The notes under the pieces: generated by a model | The model's input: the letters and a program-made list of their open reading frames with translations, nothing else | The model's database searches: none | What the model was told of the DNA's origin: nothing | Position numbers and translations under genes: made by a program | Part shown: positions 36,037 to 41,720 of the stretch, in pieces | Numbering within the stretch: the stretch's first letter is position 1 | Layout: every line of letters starts with the position of its first letter | NCBI GenBank assembly: GCA_026985625.1 | Contig: JALSQC010000160.1 | Span: 1-41,720 of the forward strand | DNA: 41,720 nucleotides | Reading direction: 5' to 3' | From: Bacteroidales bacterium | GTDB taxonomy: Bacteria; Bacteroidota; Bacteroidia; Bacteroidales; JAFGXI01

Positions 36037-37032
36037 TTAGTATAAATATCTTGTCAATTGACCTGCCTCAACCATAATAAATCTAAATACCAAGCCTCCT
36101 AATAGTATTAAAAAGGCCGGAACAGCAATAGGTATTTTGTAGCCAAATAATTCCATAAGTTCTAAAAGAGCAGGTAATACTAATCCTATTCCTACAAAAA
36201 ATCCCCAGAATACAGCTGTAAATTCTCCTCCAAGGAATAATGCGGCGGCTTCTTGTTGAACTTCGGAACTTGCTAAATATCCCATAAACATGTGTATTAT
36301 AAAAAATAGCTCTATTGCTACTAGCATTAAATCTATTTTACTAAATGATATTTTCTCGAAATGGTCGCGAGCCATCCACATAATAACTGCTACGCCTGTT
36401 GATACTCCAGATACTAAGAAAAGTGGTCCTAATATAGATGTATTCCATAATGGTCTTGCATTAAATGCTGATAGTAATATTCCTGTATAAACTCCTAATA
36501 TTATTGATAATAATAATAGTATCCAAGCCATAATTTTTTGGTATTTTCTTGCTATTTTAATTATCCATTTTATTATGTGACATTTACCAATAATAATTTT
36601 ATCAACCCATTTTAAAAATTTTGTTATTATTTTACATTTACCATCAAAATAATCTATTATATCGTCAAGGTATAGTAATGGCCAAATGATTGATAACGGG
36701 GTTACTATACCTAGCGTCCAAGCTCCCCAAGACATTGGCGATTCAAATCGTATTGTTGTGTATAATTGCCAAAAGAATTGGGTGTGTTTTAAATCTAAAA
36801 GCAAGGCTAATAGTCCTATAATAATAGCAATTGGAGCAATAATAGGGGATATTTTAACTGCAACATTATATTTATCGGTTTTACCTGTTATAAAAAAGTA
36901 TGTTGCAAAAAATATTAATCCGGCAGCAAGCCCTCCTAAAAATAAATACAATGGTATTTGCCAATGCCATATATGCAAAACCGGGTCTATGTTTGGTATG
37001 TTTCTACCGCTTACAAAAAGTTCTTCTTTCAT
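36037..37032 (-). CDS. nrfD: NrfD/PsrC-family molybdoenzyme membrane-anchor (quinol-oxidising) subunit
   Basis: 331 aa with ~8 hydrophobic helices. N-terminal WHWQIPLYLFLGGLAAGL is typical of NrfD/PsrC. Sits immediately downstream of the FeS subunit. Confidence 0.85.
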   Translation of the reverse strand: MKEELFVSGRNIPNIDPVLHIWHWQIPLYLFLGGLAAGLIFFATYFFITGKTDKYNVAVKISPIIAPIAIIIGLLALLLDLKHTQFFWQLYTTIRFESPMSWGAWTLGIVTPLSIIWPLLYLDDIIDYFDGKCKIITKFLKWVDKIIIGKCHIIKWIIKIARKYQKIMAWILLLLSIILGVYTGILLSAFNARPLWNTSILGPLFLVSGVSTGVAVIMWMARDHFEKISFSKIDLMLVAIELFFIIHMFMGYLASSEVQQEAAALFLGGEFTAVFWGFFVGIGLVLPALLELMELFGYKIPIAVPAFLILLGGLVFRFIMVEAGQLTRYLY

Positions 37033-37043
37033 TATTCTTTATT

Positions 37044-37577
37044 TTATATTAAAAAATAAACTTGTGGTTTTGTTCCTGCTTCAGGAGCATTAACTTTCCA
37101 TTTTCTTGATTTCAATAATTTTGATACCGGAGAATTTGGATCGTCTAAATCGCCAAAAGTTAAACATCTGGTAGGACAAACCGATACACATGCCGTGTCT
37201 TGTCCTTTTGCCACACGATGGTCGCAGAATGTACATTTATCAACATATCCTTCTGGGTGGAAATATCTTGCTTCGTATGGACATGCTTGAATACATGCTC
37301 CACAGCCAATACATTCGTCGTGAGTAACTTTAACTATTCCTCCCTCGATTATATGGCTAGCTCCTGTAGGACATGTTCTTACACATGGAGCGTCGCCACA
37401 ATGGTTGCATCTTTCGGATCGAATTTCGAGATGTAGTTCCGGATATGTTCCGTCTACATTTTCTACAATCCAATCTCTACAGTAACCATGAGGGACATTA
37501 TTTTCTGTTTGACAAGCAACTACACAGTCGCTACATCCGACACATTTTTTTGTGTCCATTGCCATTGCGTATCTCAT
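37044..37577 (-). CDS. 4Fe-4S ferredoxin-type electron-transfer subunit (PsrB/PhsB-like)
   Basis: Four Cys clusters: CVGCSDCVVAC, CNHCGDAPCVRTC, CIGCGACIQAC and CTFCDHR...CVSVC. Its start overlaps the catalytic subunit's stop by 4 nt (37574-37577). Confidence 0.9.
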   Translation of the reverse strand: MRYAMAMDTKKCVGCSDCVVACQTENNVPHGYCRDWIVENVDGTYPELHLEIRSERCNHCGDAPCVRTCPTGASHIIEGGIVKVTHDECIGCGACIQACPYEARYFHPEGYVDKCTFCDHRVAKGQDTACVSVCPTRCLTFGDLDDPNSPVSKLLKSRKWKVNAPEAGTKPQVYFLI

Positions 37578-39817
37578 GCTTTAACCTCCTCGTTATTTGG
37601 GTTATCAGTTAATATTTCAACAAAATTTGATCTCATTCCTGTGCCTCCTGTAACATCGTCTATTAATACTTTTGTTATTAATTCCCAGTCGGCAGCTCCT
37701 TTTCCGTAAGCTGTTTTCATTTGTTTAGCTTTATTTCCAAAACCATGAGGTAAGTAGACTGAATCGAATCTTATTCTTTCGGTAATTCTAACTTTAACAG
37801 GATATGAAGAAACAACTCCGTCTTGATTTCTTAACCACACTTCTTGTCCCGGTTCTAAATATAATAATTTTGCTACTTTTGGGTTTACCCATAAATGATT
37901 TTCGCTTCGTAAATCGTTTAAAAAACGGTTATTTATAGTTCGTCCGAATGTATGCATTGGAACTCTACCGTAAATAAGTCTATAAAAACCGTCCTCGGGT
38001 TGTGGATGTTCTTTAAATACAGGCATAGGGTCGTATCCCATCGCATCTAAGTCGGTAGAGTATAATTCTATTTTTCCGGTATTTGTGTTAAAGAAGTATT
38101 CTTCTCCGTCTTCTAAAAACAAGGCTTCTTCTCTATCGAAAGTTTTAACTCCTATTTTTTTCATTTCTTCTAACGATGTTCCTACTTGTTTTAGTTGCCA
38201 ATCGAGAACTTCTTCTAAATCTTTCCAAGGATAATATTTTTCTAATCCTAATCTTAATCCTATTTCTCTTGCAATCCACCATCCCGGTTTTGATTCGTAC
38301 ATAGGTTTAACGGCCGGCATTCTTAATGCAATTTGCGGTTCTTTATGACGTGTTGTTCTTAAATAATCGTATCGTTCTAAATAGGTGCATTCGGGTAAAA
38401 CAACATCGGCATATCCTGTAATTTCTGATGGCATAGTATCTACAACAACTATAAATTCCATATTTTGGATAGCTTTTTTTGTTTTTTCTTGATCAGGTAT
38501 GGATTGTATTAAGTTTGTTGCGGTAATATACCATGCTTTTATTTTGTGTTTTAATTTGGTATCGGGTAATGATGCGTCTATTAATATATTTGTAACTCCT
38601 GTAAAAGCTCCTTTGTATTTATCTTTTGTAATATCTTTCCATGTCCATTTTGGTTCGGGGTAATGTGGTGTAGGATAATGTGGCACATGTATTTTCTCAG
38701 GAAAATAATATCCTCCTTTTTTTCCCCAAGAACCAAGTAGTGCGTTTAATATTGCTATTGCTCTTGTGCGTTGAGTATCGTCGCCATACCAAGCAGTATG
38801 TCGTCCAGGATGAATTGCTACTGCAGGCGAAGCATTTGCCATTTCTCTTGCAGTTTTTCTAATTAAATCGGGAGCTATATCTGTTTTGGTAAAAGCCCAT
38901 TCGGGTGTATATTTTTTTACATGATTTTTTAAATCGTCAAAGCCATAGGTGTATTGTTCTACATATTTTTTGTCGTATAAATCTTCATAAATTAGAACGT
39001 GCATCCATGCTAAAAGTAAAGCTAAATCTGTTGCAGGTTTAATTGGTAACCAATATTTTGATTTTGATGCAGCAGTTGAGAAACGAGGGTCAACAGTAAT
39101 AACTGTCATTCCTCTGTCGATACCTATTGACATATCTTGCACTATACCATTGTGCATGTTTTCTCCAATGTGACTACCTATTAATACTAAACATTTAGAG
39201 TTTCTAAGGTCGGTTGGTTCCGGAGAACCTATTCCTGCTCCGTATGTATTTATAAATCCTGCTTCTCGTGCTCCTAAACATTGAGCAATTGCTGGTTCTG
39301 CCGTGTTGTCGGAACCAAAAGATTTAAATAAATGTTCAAAGTGATGTGCTGTTGTTCCGTGGTCTAATAAGGCAATGCTCTCATAACCATATTTTTCGCC
39401 AACTTCTTTGGTTTTTTTTGCTACGTAATCTAAAGCTTCGTCCCAAGACACTTCTTTAAAAGTTTGGCTACCTGGTGCTCCTACTCGCATTAAAGGTTTT
39501 TTTAATCGGTCTTTATCGTATAACATTCCTACTCCTCCGGTACCTCTTGGGCATAATCTGCCGGTTGAATGTAAATCGCTATCGTTTCCTATTATTTTTT
39601 GAACTTTGCCATCTGCACCTTTATAAGCAAAAGCTGCACAGTTCCAAAAACAGACTTCGCAAATTGTTGGAGTTCGTTCTGCTTTTGATTCATCTATAGG
39701 AGTTTTTTCTTTTGGCAAAAAACTTGGAACCCAGTCCAAAACAGGATTTGCCAATGCTAAACCTCCTACGCCAATAGCCGAAATTTTAATAAAATCTCTT
39801 CTTGTTTTCTTTTTCAT
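37574..39817 (-). CDS. Tat-exported molybdopterin (bis-MGD) oxidoreductase catalytic subunit, polysulfide/thiosulfate-reductase-like (PsrA/PhsA-like)
   Basis: Twin-arginine signal KKKTRRDFIKISAIGVGGLALA. N-terminal FS0 cluster motif CEVCFWNC...CPRG. 747 aa. The substrate cannot be assigned by eye. Confidence 0.88.
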   Translation of the reverse strand: MKKKTRRDFIKISAIGVGGLALANPVLDWVPSFLPKEKTPIDESKAERTPTICEVCFWNCAAFAYKGADGKVQKIIGNDSDLHSTGRLCPRGTGGVGMLYDKDRLKKPLMRVGAPGSQTFKEVSWDEALDYVAKKTKEVGEKYGYESIALLDHGTTAHHFEHLFKSFGSDNTAEPAIAQCLGAREAGFINTYGAGIGSPEPTDLRNSKCLVLIGSHIGENMHNGIVQDMSIGIDRGMTVITVDPRFSTAASKSKYWLPIKPATDLALLLAWMHVLIYEDLYDKKYVEQYTYGFDDLKNHVKKYTPEWAFTKTDIAPDLIRKTAREMANASPAVAIHPGRHTAWYGDDTQRTRAIAILNALLGSWGKKGGYYFPEKIHVPHYPTPHYPEPKWTWKDITKDKYKGAFTGVTNILIDASLPDTKLKHKIKAWYITATNLIQSIPDQEKTKKAIQNMEFIVVVDTMPSEITGYADVVLPECTYLERYDYLRTTRHKEPQIALRMPAVKPMYESKPGWWIAREIGLRLGLEKYYPWKDLEEVLDWQLKQVGTSLEEMKKIGVKTFDREEALFLEDGEEYFFNTNTGKIELYSTDLDAMGYDPMPVFKEHPQPEDGFYRLIYGRVPMHTFGRTINNRFLNDLRSENHLWVNPKVAKLLYLEPGQEVWLRNQDGVVSSYPVKVRITERIRFDSVYLPHGFGNKAKQMKTAYGKGAADWELITKVLIDDVTGGTGMRSNFVEILTDNPNNEEVKA

Positions 39818-39846
39818 GCTTTAGCTTTTTGTTATATTGATTTTAA

Positions 39847-39854
39847 CAAAAGTA
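39847..39854 (-). promoter_or_regulatory. Bacteroidota-type -7 promoter box (TACTTTTG on minus strand) for the psr-yeeE-rhodanese operon
   Basis: Plus-strand CAAAAGTA is a perfect TAnnTTTG on the minus strand, 30 nt upstream of the ATG at 39817. It is the same octamer as upstream of glnN. Confidence 0.45.
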
Positions 39855-39953
39855 AATAATTAATAAAATTTTCATTAATTATTTAATATGTTTTTTAACC
39901 TTTTTTAATGTTTTTTTCTTTGATAAGGATATAACTACCTTAATGTCTTTTTT

Positions 39954-41207
39954 TTAAAAAATAGTTAATTTCCAAAAAATATAAAAAATCGAGAATGCCG
40001 ATAAAAATATTATTCCTATCCATGCGTGTATTTTTAACCAAAGTTTTGGACGTGCTTTTACAGGCATGTGTTTGTCGGTTACAACCATATAATTTAAAAT
40101 TGCAAAAAACGGAGCGGTTACAAATGATATTGTTGTTGCTAAATCTACCATAAATTTCATGCTTGAACTAAAAAAGAATAGCAAGGCTAAAGAGCCTGTT
40201 ACAACAATTGTCATCCAAAATATTGATATGCTGCCTGTATTTTTTTTTGTTTCGTTATTTTTTATTAGTTTTATTGATGGAGTTAAAACCCGCGAGTATG
40301 CGTCTAAACATGTTGTTGTTGTGCTAAACATTGTTGTAAGAGCTGCTATTGCTATTATCCAATAAGCCCAAGCTCCTGTGCTTGATGTAAACATTTTTAT
40401 TAATTGTCCTGAAAAAGCTATTCCTTTTGGCGAGAATTTTTCTCCTGAACCGTACATAACTAATGCTCCTAAAGATAAAAAACCTAAAGCAAGTATTATT
40501 GTTCCTATGTATCCAACATTAAAGTCGAAAAGAGATTCTTTAAGTTTTGGTTTATAGCCTGTGTCTTTTTGTTTTGCCACAGACCAAAATGAATGCCATA
40601 TAGAAATATCCAAAGGTGCAGGCATCCAACCTATAAAGGCAATTAAAAATGCAATATCAAGCGATTTTGTAAAATCAAAGTTCTTTGCAAATTCAGGATT
40701 TGGATTGTATCCTAATGAGAAGCTTTTAATAACAGCAAAAATTGTAGTTATAGATAATATTATAATTATAAATTTTATTAATTTATCGAGTATTGCATAT
40801 TTTCCAATAATTAAAATAACCATTGTTACTACAAGTATAATAGCACTTATTGTATTTATTGATATTGATAAATTAAAAATATTTCCTACTAAACCTGCTG
40901 TTACTACAGTTACAGCGGCTTGTATTGCAAACATTGTAGATATTGTGAGAATAATATAAAGAATAACTGCCCATTTCCCTATTTTGCTGTATCCCTGAAC
41001 TAATGTCTTGCCTGTAGATGTTGCGTAACGCGGACCAAATTCAAAAGATGGGTATTTTAAAAAATTGGCTAGTAATAATATCCAAATAAAATAAAATCCA
41101 AAATTGGCTCCGGCACGGGTTGATTGCACAAGATGAGATACTCCTACTGCTGCTCCTGCCCACAATAATCCGGGCCCTAAAGTTTTAAGAATATTTTTTG
41201 ATTTCAT
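39954..41207 (-). CDS. Nramp-family divalent metal cation transporter
   Basis: 417 aa, ~11 helices. N-terminal LKTLGPGLLWAGAAVGVSHLVQSTRAGANFGF resembles the Nramp/MntH-related family signature. Confidence 0.8.
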   Translation of the reverse strand: MKSKNILKTLGPGLLWAGAAVGVSHLVQSTRAGANFGFYFIWILLLANFLKYPSFEFGPRYATSTGKTLVQGYSKIGKWAVILYIILTISTMFAIQAAVTVVTAGLVGNIFNLSISINTISAIILVVTMVILIIGKYAILDKLIKFIIIILSITTIFAVIKSFSLGYNPNPEFAKNFDFTKSLDIAFLIAFIGWMPAPLDISIWHSFWSVAKQKDTGYKPKLKESLFDFNVGYIGTIILALGFLSLGALVMYGSGEKFSPKGIAFSGQLIKMFTSSTGAWAYWIIAIAALTTMFSTTTTCLDAYSRVLTPSIKLIKNNETKKNTGSISIFWMTIVVTGSLALLFFFSSSMKFMVDLATTISFVTAPFFAILNYMVVTDKHMPVKARPKLWLKIHAWIGIIFLSAFSIFYIFWKLTIF

Positions 41208-41248
41208 AATAAAAATTAAATGTTTATATATTAATCAAATAAATATAA

Positions 41249-41719
41249 TTATTTTTTTTTATTTAACGGTTTTACTAATTCTAAAAAATGTCCCATACGG
41301 TCTCGTTTGGTTTGCAGGTATTTTTCGTTATATTTATTTGGTTTTATCTCGTTTTTTACAATTTCTACTATTTCTAAACCGTAACCTTCGAGTCCTGCTC
41401 GTTTTACGGGATTATTAGTTATTAATCGTATTTTAGAAACACCAAGCTCTCGAAGAATTTGAGCACCAACTCCATAATCGCGCTCGTCGTCTTTAAATCC
41501 GAGTTTTATATTTGCATCAACGGTATCTACACCTTCCTCTTGTAATTTATATGTTTTTATTTTGTTCATTAATCCTATTCCTCTACCTTCTTGATTCATA
41601 TAAATTATAACTCCTTTTCCTTCTTTTTCGACTAATTGCATTGCTTTATGAAGTTGAGGTCCGCAATCGCAACGTAAAGAGCCAAAGATATCGCCGGTAA
41701 CACAAGAAGAGTGGACTCT
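41249..41719 (-). CDS. ribBA: GTP cyclohydrolase II domain, probably the C-terminal half of bifunctional RibBA (5' end right of the window)
   Basis: The frame stays open to the window edge: [31 protein letters not shown] (zinc site), [29 protein letters not shown] and [20 protein letters not shown]. Confidence 0.88.
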   Translation of the reverse strand, partial: RVHSSCVTGDIFGSLRCDCGPQLHKAMQLVEKEGKGVIIYMNQEGRGIGLMNKIKTYKLQEEGVDTVDANIKLGFKDDERDYGVGAQILRELGVSKIRLITNNPVKRAGLEGYGLEIVEIVKNEIKPNKYNEKYLQTKRDRMGHFLELVKPLNKKK

Positions 41720-41720
41720 A

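Noticed and set aside
36686-37093. 135-aa plus-strand ORF across the psrC/psrB junction. Similar shadows lie at 32439-32828, 37200-37709 and 40561-40959.
   Set aside because: They are antisense to genes with strong family signatures and span an intergenic junction of the real operon.
37574-39817. Possible selenocysteine (in-frame TGA plus SECIS) in the molybdopterin catalytic subunit
   Set aside because: The 747-aa ORF is uninterrupted from the Tat signal to the stop, so no in-frame TGA needs recoding.
32286-39953. Whether the psr-yeeE-rhodanese operon sits on a mobile island
   Set aside because: No integrase, transposase, tRNA attachment site or flanking inverted or direct repeats are visible. 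The slightly higher G+C of psrAB is an impression by eye, so it is not enough to call horizontal transfer.

Overview
This is a strongly AT-rich, densely packed chromosomal segment (GC not computed) that looks like Bacteroidota. The pointers are a T9SS-type C-terminal sorting domain, a PorV/PorQ-like porin, a type III glutamine synthetase, TAnnTTTG -7 boxes and almost no Shine-Dalgarno sequences. I support 37 protein-coding genes, partial at both window edges, and found no rRNA, tRNA, CRISPR, transposase or integrase. Most genes are housekeeping: rpoN, rnc-fabF-acpP, purN, greA, glpD, glnN, coaD, ybeY and ribBA. Three regions deserve a second look. (1) 32.4-39.9 kb holds an eight-gene minus-strand operon. 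It encodes a Tat-exported Psr/Phs-like molybdoenzyme (A, B and NrfD-type C subunits), a split YeeE/YedE sulfur transporter and three exported rhodanese-fold proteins. All three rhodanese-fold proteins end in the same 19-aa tail, KPKKKLIKRKKKEVTGGCG. The tail is near-identical at the DNA level (57-59 of 60 nt) although the gene bodies have diverged. Two of the three lack the catalytic rhodanese cysteine, and in one the tail cysteine is the only cysteine in the protein. (2) 7.0-16.0 kb holds a three-gene outer-membrane module: a 1225-aa TonB-dependent-receptor-like barrel, a 1382-aa unassignable secreted protein with a T9SS C-terminal domain, and a PorV/PorQ paralog. (3) 18.2-22.4 kb holds a tightly coupled five-gene envelope operon of unknown function. 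All product calls come from motif recognition by eye; no database search was run.
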